Shown here one piece after another: positions 19,632-28,388 of a DNA stretch of 49,495 nucleotides. The position numbers and the translations under genes are program-made. The notes below the pieces were generated by a model. The model ran no database searches and was not told where the DNA came from. It saw only the letters and a list, made by a program, of their open reading frames with translations. Within the stretch, counting starts at the first letter, position 1. Every line of letters starts with the position of its first letter. Source of the stretch: Candidatus Allocopromorpha excrementigallinarum (GTDB lineage Bacteria > Bacillota > Clostridia > Peptostreptococcales > Anaerovoracaceae); the NCBI GenBank assembly GCA_018714925.1, contig DVMP01000163.1, positions 1 through 49,495 on the forward strand. Direction: 5' to 3'.

Positions 19632-20228
19632 ATGTGGACTTACGAAAAGAGACTGGAATACCCGGTGAACATTAAAAATCCCAATCCTGCCACAGCAAAG
19701 TTTATCATAAGCCAGGTGGGAGGACCCGACGGCGAGCTCGGGGCTTCCCAGAGATATCTTTCCCAGAGATATTCCATGCCCTACGATGAGGTGAAGGCGG
19801 CTCTGACCGATATAGGTACAGAGGAGCTGGCTCATCTTGAAATGGTAAGCGCCATAATACACCAGCTTACAAGGAATATGACCATAGAGCAGGTTAAGGA
19901 AGCGGGCTTTGAAGCTTATTTTGTTGACCATACGGCAGGGGTTTATCCTCAGGCCGCGGCGGGAGTCCCCTTTAACGCTCTGGCCTTTGCTTCAAAGGGA
20001 GACGCCGTAACGGATCTTACTGAAGATATGGCAGCGGAGCAAAAGGCGAGAACCACCTATGACAATATTCTGAGAATGGTGGACGATCCCGATGTCATCG
20101 ATCCCATAAGATATCTGAGAGAAAGGGAAATCGTTCATTTTCAGAGATTCGGCGAGGCTTTGAGAAACGTACAGGACAATCTCAATTCAAACAACTTCTA
20201 TGCTGTAAATCCGGAGTTTGACCTGTAA
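19632..20228 (+). CDS. cotJC: CotJC manganese catalase-family protein
   Basis: MWTYEKRLEYPV, GGPDGEL, DIGTEELAHLE, REREIVHFQRFGE. Confidence 0.95.
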   Translation: MWTYEKRLEYPVNIKNPNPATAKFIISQVGGPDGELGASQRYLSQRYSMPYDEVKAALTDIGTEELAHLEMVSAIIHQLTRNMTIEQVKEAGFEAYFVDHTAGVYPQAAAGVPFNALAFASKGDAVTDLTEDMAAEQKARTTYDNILRMVDDPDVIDPIRYLREREIVHFQRFGEALRNVQDNLNSNNFYAVNPEFDL

Positions 20229-20250
20229 ACCGGATATTTTCCGCGATGTG

Positions 20251-20291
20251 GAAAGGCAGGGCAGGCGCAAGACGCGTCTGCCTTGCCTTTC
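20251..20291. terminator. Hairpin between convergent cotJC and the PucR-family gene
   Basis: GAAAGGCAGGGCAGGCGC / GCGTCTGCCTTGCCTTTC 18-bp stem with G-U pairs. Confidence 0.75.
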
Positions 20292-21876
20292 AGTTCAGAA
20301 GCCTGTGGAGAGCGATGGCATAGTAGAGTCTTATGTTGTCGGGCATCTTGTTATGATTGTATCCGAGGCGGTTGTCTATAACGCTGAGACGGTACTTGAC
20401 GGTGTTTTTATGGACGTGAAGAAGGGCGGCGGTCTGAGTGATGCTGCAGCCGGTGTCCAGCATATAGGCCCCGGCTGTAGCCACGGCGTCCCAGTCCTCG
20501 GTGGCGGCGGCAAGTCTGTTTAAAATGAGAGTGTACGGGGCGATGAAATCCTCTCCCCGGGCTATGAGATCGCGGCATTCTCCGGCAAAACGTATGTCAC
20601 CGCCGCTGAACCACCGGCGAGTGGGAAATATTCTTCTGGCGTCCTCGAGATACTGGTTGTTTTTCAGGAAGGCTTCGCGGACCTCTGTTGTATTCTGCAG
20701 GTCGCTGAATCTTGACAGCGTGGCGGAAAGTCCCAGAGAAGAAATCTCGGTGAGGAAGCTTTCCACCTGCTGCAGGGCTTCCCTTTCCGAATATGGAGTG
20801 CTGGAAAAAATAAGGAGCTTGTCCTCGTAGACATCTGAAAAAACTATATCCGAGCAGCTTTTTAGATAGCCGCAGAAAACCCGGGACTGCTCTCTGAGAA
20901 GCTCTGCTGTATGCTCATCTCCCGAAACAACCCACATCTCATGTATCTGGGAGATATCAATGTGGAAGATATCAGCGAGCCGGTGCATTTTAAGAGGGTC
21001 ATCCTGTATTATGGACCGGATAAGCTCTCTGACGGCTACAGCGCCATGGCCCTTTCCCCATATGTTTACACATATTCTGACTATGTCGGCAGCCTGGCTT
21101 CTGAGGATTCGGCTGAGAGGACCGCCTCCTTTTATTATGTAAAGACGCATGGGGCTGTCGCTGTCCGGGATTACAGGAAGGGAATAAACGCTGCAGCCGG
21201 GCATGAAGCTCTCGAGGATGCTGGTATCCTCAGGCGACCTGTAGAGCCTCGGAAGACAGGAAAGAAGCTCCTTTTCCACACTTTGAGGCCATGGGGCTAT
21301 GTTGAGAGTATTGTGGGAATTGTCTGTAAGAATCACCGATGACATAATGTCGTCGCTTATCATTCTGAGAACGGTGCTTATGGTTCTCTGATGCTCAGGA
21401 AGCCGGGAGACCCGGGCCAGTATATCGGAAGCGATAAATTCGTTTTTCGACCTGTCGTTAAATATATATTCCATAACATCGCTTATTACTTCACCGTAGC
21501 GGAGATTCCTGTAGGGAGGCATCTGAATAAGGACAAAGTCAAGGTCATTGGCCAGGTCGATGAGACGTTTGTCCACACGGGGCATGTACACTCCCACATA
21601 AAACAGTATAAGACCGACCTCCCCGCCCTCCGCCAGCCTTTTTATATTTGCGTACTGCTTTTCCACATCCTCGGTGCAGTTGAGAAAGCCGGTTATGACT
21701 ATCTCGCTGCCGAAAAATTCTCCTTGTCTGAAGAGACCATCCACAAGAAGAGAAGGATCTACGGCCTCAAGGACCGATATGGAGGAAACGATACGGCTCA
21801 GACCTCGCTTTCCCGCTATAACCTCAGCGTTTCTCAGAGACGGCAGCTTTAAAATATCAGAGACAGTGACACTCAT
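20290..21876 (-). CDS. PucR-family transcriptional regulator
   Basis: N-terminal PucR sensor (VTVSDIL.LPSL..AEVIAG..GL.R.V) and C-terminal HTH (SITQTAALLHVHKNTVKYRL). Divergent from the permease operon. Confidence 0.93.
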   Translation of the reverse strand: MSVTVSDILKLPSLRNAEVIAGKRGLSRIVSSISVLEAVDPSLLVDGLFRQGEFFGSEIVITGFLNCTEDVEKQYANIKRLAEGGEVGLILFYVGVYMPRVDKRLIDLANDLDFVLIQMPPYRNLRYGEVISDVMEYIFNDRSKNEFIASDILARVSRLPEHQRTISTVLRMISDDIMSSVILTDNSHNTLNIAPWPQSVEKELLSCLPRLYRSPEDTSILESFMPGCSVYSLPVIPDSDSPMRLYIIKGGGPLSRILRSQAADIVRICVNIWGKGHGAVAVRELIRSIIQDDPLKMHRLADIFHIDISQIHEMWVVSGDEHTAELLREQSRVFCGYLKSCSDIVFSDVYEDKLLIFSSTPYSEREALQQVESFLTEISSLGLSATLSRFSDLQNTTEVREAFLKNNQYLEDARRIFPTRRWFSGGDIRFAGECRDLIARGEDFIAPYTLILNRLAAATEDWDAVATAGAYMLDTGCSITQTAALLHVHKNTVKYRLSVIDNRLGYNHNKMPDNIRLYYAIALHRLLN

Positions 21877-21931
21877 ATACTTCTCCTTTTTAAATACAGA
21901 TCACTTACTTTATCTCATATATTTTAAAACA

Positions 21932-21984
21932 ATTTGGCCTAAAGGACAAATATATTCGCGATAATTTCTGCCTGTAAGACAGTT
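21932..21984. promoter_or_regulatory. Candidate PucR-family operator pair
   Basis: ATTTGGCCTAAAGGACAAAT (imperfect palindrome) and a weaker copy TTTCTGCCTGTAAGACAGTT 33 bp downstream, next to a promoter with -10 TAGAAT (22006-22011) and a poor -35. Confidence 0.5.
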
Positions 21985-22053
21985 AAAATTTATCCGCCGG
22001 GAAGATAGAATTTTTTCATATCATTAACGAGCTGTTTTGTAGGAGGAAAATCT

Positions 22054-23382
22054 ATGGGAGAAAACAAAAACAATACCGGTCAGGATAAGGGAATATCCCA
22101 GATACAGGCCCATGAGAAGAGAGGGTGGCCGGGAATCGCCTTTATATGGATAGGGACGATGATATGCATTCCCATGCTCATGGTGGGAGGCATATTCGCG
22201 GAAACCCTTACGGTTCCGTCGATTTTAGGAGTTACGGTGGCAGGCTTTGCCGTCTGCTGCCTTCTTATGGTGCTGGGAGGTATCGTGGGAAGCGATCTGG
22301 GGCTTAACTCCTCCATGACATCCACGAGAGCCTTCGGTATGACGGGAGCCAACTTTACCATGGCTCTGGTGGTGTTTATCGCTGAAGCGGGCTGGTTCGC
22401 GGTGCAGACAGCTACCTGCGCGGTGGCCTTTAATACTCTCCTTGAAATGTCGGGAGTGACCTTTCCCTTCTGGGCCTCATGTACTCTCTGGGGAGCGGTA
22501 ATGTGTATAACGGCCGTCTACGGGGTAAGGTGGATGACAATACTTAACTATGTGGCTGTGCCTCTTCTGCTGATTCTTTGTGTTTACGGGGCCGTTCACT
22601 CCATAAACGAAGCGGGCTGGAGCGCCATAAGCGATACCGTGACCTCCAATACAATGGCCATACCTGCGGCCATCTCAACGGTTATCGGGCTTTTTGCCCT
22701 TGGAGCCACATGTAATTCGGATTATACACGCTACTGCAAGTCAAGAGGAGATGTGGTAAAAGCCACTGTGCTGGGAGTTCTGCCTGCCGCCACCATTATG
22801 ATAATGGTGGGAGCCATAATGGCTCTGGGTACGGGAAATTATGATGTAACAGCCATGTTCGCGGGACTGGGTCTTCCTGTGGTGTCCATGCTGGTGCTTG
22901 TTCTCGCCACGTGGACAACAAATACGGGAAACGCGTACATGTCAGGGCTTGCCGCCTGCAAAATGTTTTCGGTAAAGGACAGATACAGGCCGGCGGTTAC
23001 TATGGTTGTCGGCGTTCTGGGAATCATTATGGCTGTAATGGGCCTGGCGGATGTTCTTAACACCTACATAAGCATTATAGGGGCTGTCGTTCCTCCTATA
23101 ATGGGAATTATAATAGCCGATTACTGGGTAATATGCAGGGGAAAGGCGGAAAACTGGAAGCCTGTGAGAGGAATAAACTGGATCGGCATAATTGCCTGGA
23201 TATGCGGAGGAGGCTTTGCTCTCATAGAGACTCTCGGCATACTGACAGTCTTCAGTCCGGCTCTTGACGGGGTGGTCATTGCCTTCGCGGCCTATGTGGT
23301 GTTTTACAGGCTGCTGGGAAACACGGCCCTGGCTGGAAAGGGAGAAATGACCATAGAAGAGGCAACGGCGTCGGCCAGGTAG
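22054..23382 (+). CDS. NCS1 / cytosine permease (CodB-like) transporter
   Basis: About 12 TM; GWFAVQ, DYTRY, LATWTTNTGNAY, PPIMGIIIADYW. Confidence 0.92.
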   Translation: MGENKNNTGQDKGISQIQAHEKRGWPGIAFIWIGTMICIPMLMVGGIFAETLTVPSILGVTVAGFAVCCLLMVLGGIVGSDLGLNSSMTSTRAFGMTGANFTMALVVFIAEAGWFAVQTATCAVAFNTLLEMSGVTFPFWASCTLWGAVMCITAVYGVRWMTILNYVAVPLLLILCVYGAVHSINEAGWSAISDTVTSNTMAIPAAISTVIGLFALGATCNSDYTRYCKSRGDVVKATVLGVLPAATIMIMVGAIMALGTGNYDVTAMFAGLGLPVVSMLVLVLATWTTNTGNAYMSGLAACKMFSVKDRYRPAVTMVVGVLGIIMAVMGLADVLNTYISIIGAVVPPIMGIIIADYWVICRGKAENWKPVRGINWIGIIAWICGGGFALIETLGILTVFSPALDGVVIAFAAYVVFYRLLGNTALAGKGEMTIEEATASAR

Positions 23383-23433
23383 AGGACAGTGAGGCAGAGT
23401 ACATAAAGTATACAGTTAAGAAAGGAAAAGCAT

Positions 23434-24534
23434 ATGCGTAAAATAGATCTGAAGGATATAGAGGATATAGCTCTTGGAGCGGCTCTTCTCGGCGCGGGAG
23501 GCGGAGGAGATCCATACATAGGAAAGCTGGTAGCCATGGGCGCTGTAAAGGAATGCGGTCCTGTTACCATGCTGGATCCCCAGGAGGTTCCCGATGAAGA
23601 GCTGGTGGTGCCCATAGCAATGATGGGAGCGCCTACGGTTCTTGCGGAGAAAGCGGTGGGAGAAAGGGAGTATGAAACCCTGTTTCACATGGTATCGCGT
23701 TTTTTCGGAAGAGAAATTTACGCCTTTCTTCCAATAGAGGCGGGAGGAGTGAATTCGATGCTTCCCATTGCGGCCTGCGCCAGAATGGGAGTTCCTCTGG
23801 TGGATGCCGACGGAATGGGGAGGGCTTTTCCGGAGCTTCAGATGGTAACCTTCACCATAGGCGGAATAAATGCCTCGCCTATGGCTCTCACAGACGAAAA
23901 GGGAAACTGCGTAATATTTGAAACTGTAACAAACAAATGGACAGAGGAACTGGCCAGAGCTGTTACCATGAGCTGCGGCGGAGCGGTTTCCGTGGCCCTT
24001 TATCCTATGACGGGAAAGCAGATGAAGGAGTATGCCGTAAAGAATATAGTTACACGAAGCCAGCGGCTGGGAGAAGCCATAAGAACCGTAAAGGACTGCG
24101 GGGAAAAGACTCCCGAGGAGCACTTTATGGAGTTTTCGGAAAGCTATAAGCTTTTTAAAGGAAAGATATCCGATGTTTTAAGGGAGACGAGAGGAGCCTT
24201 TAACCTGGGAAAGGTCATGCTGGAGGGAATGGGAGAATACAAGGGAAAGGAGGCGTATGTGGAGTTTCAGAACGAGAATCTGCTGGCCTGTGTGGATGGC
24301 GAGATACTGGCGACGGTTCCGGATCTCATATGTATTGTGGATGCGGAAACCTTTGTGCCTGTGACTACAGACGCCCTCAAATACGGAAAGCGCGTATATG
24401 TAACGGGACTGAAATGCTTTGAAATGTGGAGAAGCCCTGAAGGCCTGGAGCTGGTGGGTCCGAAATATTTCGGCTGCGATACGGACTATATTCCCGTAGA
24501 GGAAAGATACAAAGGAGGAGTGAAAAATGTATAG
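23434..24534 (+). CDS. DUF917-family protein
   Basis: LLGAGGGGDPY, MMGAP, EAGGVN, DADGMGRAFPELQM, QNENL, VPDLI. Confidence 0.9.
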   Translation: MRKIDLKDIEDIALGAALLGAGGGGDPYIGKLVAMGAVKECGPVTMLDPQEVPDEELVVPIAMMGAPTVLAEKAVGEREYETLFHMVSRFFGREIYAFLPIEAGGVNSMLPIAACARMGVPLVDADGMGRAFPELQMVTFTIGGINASPMALTDEKGNCVIFETVTNKWTEELARAVTMSCGGAVSVALYPMTGKQMKEYAVKNIVTRSQRLGEAIRTVKDCGEKTPEEHFMEFSESYKLFKGKISDVLRETRGAFNLGKVMLEGMGEYKGKEAYVEFQNENLLACVDGEILATVPDLICIVDAETFVPVTTDALKYGKRVYVTGLKCFEMWRSPEGLELVGPKYFGCDTDYIPVEERYKGGVKNV

Positions 24535-26077
24535 GCTGGGAATAGATGTGGGAGGAACCAATACGGACGCGGTTCTCATAGATGAAAATATGAAGGTGGC
24601 GGCAGAGGTTAAAAGACCCACATCGGAGGATATTTACGAGGGCATTGTGGACGCCATAAAAACCATACTGGCAAAATCAGGAACCGACCCCTCCTCCATA
24701 CGTCAGGCCATGCTGGGAACCACTCAATGCACCAACGCTATTGTGGAAAGAAAGAACCTCGCCTCAGTAGCCCTCCTCAGAATCGGCGCTCCGGCAACAC
24801 TGGGAGTACCTCCTATGACAGACTGGGATGACGACATAAGGTCGGCGGTAACAGCGGAAAAAATAATCGGCGGCGGATACGAGTATGACGGAAAGGAGCT
24901 TGCGCCTCTTGACGAAGATGCGGCGAGGAGCTTTTTCAGGGAGATAAAGGGAAAGGTCGAAGCTATAGCTGTTTCATGTGTCTTTTCCACCATAAGAAAC
25001 GAGCAGGAGACAAGAGCGGCGGAAATATGCCGTCAGGAGCTGGGAGAGGAGGTGCATGTTTCTCTGTCCGGTGAGATAGGGTCCATGGGACTTATAGAAA
25101 GAGAGAACGCGGCCATACTGAACGCCGCTCTCTTCCGTGTGGCTGAAAGCTTTACCGGCGGCTTCGCCAAATCCCTGGAGGAAATGGGGATCACAGGAGC
25201 CGATGTGTATCTTTCCCAGAATGACGGCACTCTTATGACTATGGAGCAGGCCCGCAGATATCCTGTGCTGACCATTGCCTGCGGTCCGACAAACTCCATA
25301 AGAGGAGCCGGCTATCTTTCAAAGATGAAGAACGCTCTTGTAGTGGATGTAGGCGGGACCACCACAGATCTGGGAGTAATTCAGAAGGGATTTCCCCGGG
25401 AATCCAGTATCGCTGTGACAATAGGAGGAGTAAGGACGAATTTCAGAATGCCTGATGTAATAACCATAGGTCTGGGAGGAGGCTCCATAGTGAGACGGAC
25501 GCCTGACGGCAGAGTGACGGTGGGTCCGGACAGCGTCGGCTATAAAATAACGGAGAAGGCTCTGATCTTCGGAGGAGACGTTATTACGGCGACAGATATA
25601 GCGGTACGCCTGGGAATGGCTCAGCTGGGAGACAGCGGGAAGGTGGCCCATATACCCCGGGAGTTTGCCGTTAAGGCCATGGAGGAAATAAAGTCCATGG
25701 CAGAGGACGCCATAGACGCCATGAAGGTATCGGGGGATGATGTGGACGTTATACTTGTAGGGGGAGGATCTGTAATACTTCCGGAAAAGCTGGCGGGGGC
25801 CTCCTCCGTGAAAAAACCGGACTTCTTTGGAACCGCCAACGCCATAGGCTCAGCTATTTCAAAGGTGAGCGGCACCTTTGAAAAGCTCGTTGACTACAAT
25901 AAGGTGCCGCGGGAGGAAGCTCTTGAAAGAGCCAGAGCAGAGGCCGTTGAAATGGCTGTGGAGGCCGGAGCTCTGAGAGAGACCGTGGAAATAATAGACG
26001 CGGAAGACGTTCCTCTGGCATATTACGCCGGCAATACCAACAGGGTAAAGGTAAAGGCGGCAGGTGATCTTTATTAA
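24527..26077 (+). CDS. Hydantoinase A / oxoprolinase N-terminal-type ATPase (HyuA-like)
   Basis: GIDVGGTNTDAV, ERENAAILNA, GPTNSIRGA, DVGGTTTD, GLGGGS, ANAIG. 8-nt overlap with the DUF917 gene. Confidence 0.92.
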   Translation: MYRLGIDVGGTNTDAVLIDENMKVAAEVKRPTSEDIYEGIVDAIKTILAKSGTDPSSIRQAMLGTTQCTNAIVERKNLASVALLRIGAPATLGVPPMTDWDDDIRSAVTAEKIIGGGYEYDGKELAPLDEDAARSFFREIKGKVEAIAVSCVFSTIRNEQETRAAEICRQELGEEVHVSLSGEIGSMGLIERENAAILNAALFRVAESFTGGFAKSLEEMGITGADVYLSQNDGTLMTMEQARRYPVLTIACGPTNSIRGAGYLSKMKNALVVDVGGTTTDLGVIQKGFPRESSIAVTIGGVRTNFRMPDVITIGLGGGSIVRRTPDGRVTVGPDSVGYKITEKALIFGGDVITATDIAVRLGMAQLGDSGKVAHIPREFAVKAMEEIKSMAEDAIDAMKVSGDDVDVILVGGGSVILPEKLAGASSVKKPDFFGTANAIGSAISKVSGTFEKLVDYNKVPREEALERARAEAVEMAVEAGALRETVEIIDAEDVPLAYYAGNTNRVKVKAAGDLY

Positions 26078-26102
26078 AAGCAAATATGTACTCGGGGCTT
26101 TG

Positions 26103-26143
26103 TCCGGCAGATTTGTGTTTTATTTACCTTCTGCCGGATTTTT
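26103..26143 (+). terminator. Probable terminator after the hydantoinase-like operon
   Basis: TCCGGCAG...CTGCCGGA stem with a long loop, followed by TTTTT. Confidence 0.55.
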
Positions 26144-26206
26144 CTTGCGAAAAATCCCCGATGGGGTTATGCTGGTAATATGAAAATCCAAAAAAAGGAG
26201 TATGAA

Positions 26207-27592
26207 ATGGAAAGAAAGACAGCGTGGAAAAAATATATGGAAAAGGGCCTCCAAGAGGTATTTGACTTCTGCGAAGGATACAGAAGCTTTATAAGCAGAT
26301 GCAAAACCGAACGTGAGTGTGTGGAGGCTGTGACTGAAAGAGCCGAAAGCCTCGGGTACAGAAGCCTTGAGGAGGTAATGGAACGCGGAGAGTCTCTTAA
26401 GGAGGGAGACAAGGTTTACGCGACGGCCATGAATAAGATAATGGCACTTTTTCATATAGGAAAAGAAGGCTTTGAAGGGGGAATGAACATACTGGGAGCC
26501 CATATTGATTCTCCCAGACTGGACCTTAAGCAGAATCCCCTGTATGAAGATACGGATCTGGCCATGATGGACACTCATTACTACGGAGGAGTGAAAAAAT
26601 ACCAGTGGGTAGCAAGACCCATGGCCCTTCACGGCGTAGTGGTGAAAAAGGATGGATCATCTGTAAAGGTGGTAATAGGAGAAAGGGAGGAGGACCCTGT
26701 AGTGGGTGTTTCAGACCTTTTAATACATCTTTCGGCTGATCAGCTTCAGAAAAAAGGCGCCAAGGTGGTAGAGGGAGAAGACCTTAACATACTGGCGGGA
26801 AGTATGCCCCTTGAAGGCGAGGAGAAGGAGGCTGTAAAGAAAAATATACTTAATATCCTCAGGGAAAAATACGGAATGGAAGAAGCGGATTTTCAGTCTG
26901 CGGAGTTTGAAGCGGTTCCGGCGGGAGCCGCGAGAGACTACGGTATTGACAGAAGCATGATAATAGGCTATGGGCAGGATGACAGAGTGTGCGCCTATCC
27001 GTCGGCCGAGGCGCTATTCGCTCTTTCTGAGACTCCGGCGAAAACATGCGTCTGCCTGCTGGTTGATAAAGAGGAGATAGGAAGCGTGGGAGCTACGGGA
27101 ATGCAGTCCCGCTTCTTTGAAAACACTGTTGCCGAGGTAATGGACAGAGCGGGCTGCTACAGCGAGCTTTCTCTGAGAAGAGCCCTCAGCCGGTCAAGAG
27201 TCCTTTCCTCTGACGTAAGCGCCGCATTTGACCCTAACTATCCGTCGGTTATGGAAAAAAACAACTGCGCCTATTTCGGAAAGGGACTTACCTTTAACAA
27301 GTACACTGGGGCCAGGGGAAAATCAGGATCCAACGACGCCAATCCCGAGTATATAGCAAAGCTGAGAAAAATACTTGATGACAGGGATATATGCTACCAG
27401 ACTTCAGAGCTTGGAAAGGTTGATCAGGGCGGCGGAGGAACAATAGCCTATATACTGGCAAACTACGGTATGGAGGTAATAGACAGCGGAATAGCCGTTC
27501 AGAATATGCACGCCCCTTACGAGGTGGCCAGCAAGGTGGATATATATGAGGCGAGACTGGCGTACGAAGCCTTTCTCAGAGAAATGAAATAA
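26207..27592 (+). CDS. apeA: M18-family aminopeptidase (ApeA-like)
   Basis: GAHIDSPRLDLK, HYYGG.KKYQW, GQDDRVC, DKEEIGS, GGGGTIA, MHAPYE. AAGGAG supports ATG 26207. Promoter TTGCGA-17-TATGCT at 26145-26173. Confidence 0.9.
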   Translation: MERKTAWKKYMEKGLQEVFDFCEGYRSFISRCKTERECVEAVTERAESLGYRSLEEVMERGESLKEGDKVYATAMNKIMALFHIGKEGFEGGMNILGAHIDSPRLDLKQNPLYEDTDLAMMDTHYYGGVKKYQWVARPMALHGVVVKKDGSSVKVVIGEREEDPVVGVSDLLIHLSADQLQKKGAKVVEGEDLNILAGSMPLEGEEKEAVKKNILNILREKYGMEEADFQSAEFEAVPAGAARDYGIDRSMIIGYGQDDRVCAYPSAEALFALSETPAKTCVCLLVDKEEIGSVGATGMQSRFFENTVAEVMDRAGCYSELSLRRALSRSRVLSSDVSAAFDPNYPSVMEKNNCAYFGKGLTFNKYTGARGKSGSNDANPEYIAKLRKILDDRDICYQTSELGKVDQGGGGTIAYILANYGMEVIDSGIAVQNMHAPYEVASKVDIYEARLAYEAFLREMK

Positions 27593-27610
27593 AGACAGGA
27601 GGAAAAAGCA

Positions 27611-27994
27611 ATGGCAGATATAACAAAGATATACACTTCAAAGGCCCCTGACGCGATAGGACCTTACTCCCAGGCGGTGACAGCGGGAGGAATGGTTTTT
27701 ACCTCAGGGCAGATACCTGTTGATCCGGAAACAGGGGAAATAGACGGAAAGGATATAAAGACTCAGGCCTGCAGGGTAATGAAAAATCTGGCGGCTGTTC
27801 TCAAGGAGGCGGGAACGTCTCCTGAAAAGGCGGTGAAGACCACATGCTTTCTCAGAGACATGGATGACTTCGCCGATTTTAACCAGGTGTACGCCGAGTT
27901 CTTTACGGAAAAACCGGCTCGTTCATGTGTCGCCGTAAAAACTCTCCCAAAGGATGTTTTGTGCGAGGTGGAGGTCATAGCCCTGAAAGACTGA
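27611..27994 (+). CDS. ridA: RidA-family enamine/imine deaminase
   Basis: AP.AIGPYSQA, SGQIP, FNQVYAEFF, PARSCVAV..LPK...EVEVIA. Confidence 0.95.
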   Translation: MADITKIYTSKAPDAIGPYSQAVTAGGMVFTSGQIPVDPETGEIDGKDIKTQACRVMKNLAAVLKEAGTSPEKAVKTTCFLRDMDDFADFNQVYAEFFTEKPARSCVAVKTLPKDVLCEVEVIALKD

Positions 27995-28010
27995 GACGGG
28001 AGCGAGGCAT

Positions 28011-28328
28011 ATGGAAGAGATAAAGAGGATATTGAGAGATTTTAACGAGGCCCGAGACTGGGAAAAATTTCATACTCCCGAAAATCTGGCAAAGTCAGTA
28101 GCAATAGAAGCGGGAGAGCTTTTAGAATGCTTTCAGTGGGGAAGCGAGGCTGACAGGAGTAAAGTGAGCGACGAGATCGCCGACGTTATGTCCTACTGCA
28201 TCATGCTGGCTGACAAGCTTGATTTAAATCTCAAGGAAGTGATCCTCAGAAAAATAAAAAAGAACGAAGAAAAATACCCTGTGGAAAAGTGCAGGGGAAT
28301 CAGCAAAAAGTATAATGAGCTCCCATGA
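28011..28328 (+). CDS. MazG-like nucleotide pyrophosphohydrolase (dCTP pyrophosphatase type)
   Basis: RDWEKFHTPENLA.S..IEAGELLE.FQW, DEIADV, KNEEKYPVEK. Confidence 0.92.
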   Translation: MEEIKRILRDFNEARDWEKFHTPENLAKSVAIEAGELLECFQWGSEADRSKVSDEIADVMSYCIMLADKLDLNLKEVILRKIKKNEEKYPVEKCRGISKKYNELP

Positions 28329-28388
28329 GGATAAAACAGCTGTGCTATGATCAGAAAGACGTAATTACATGACGGAAAGGGGTTTTCC

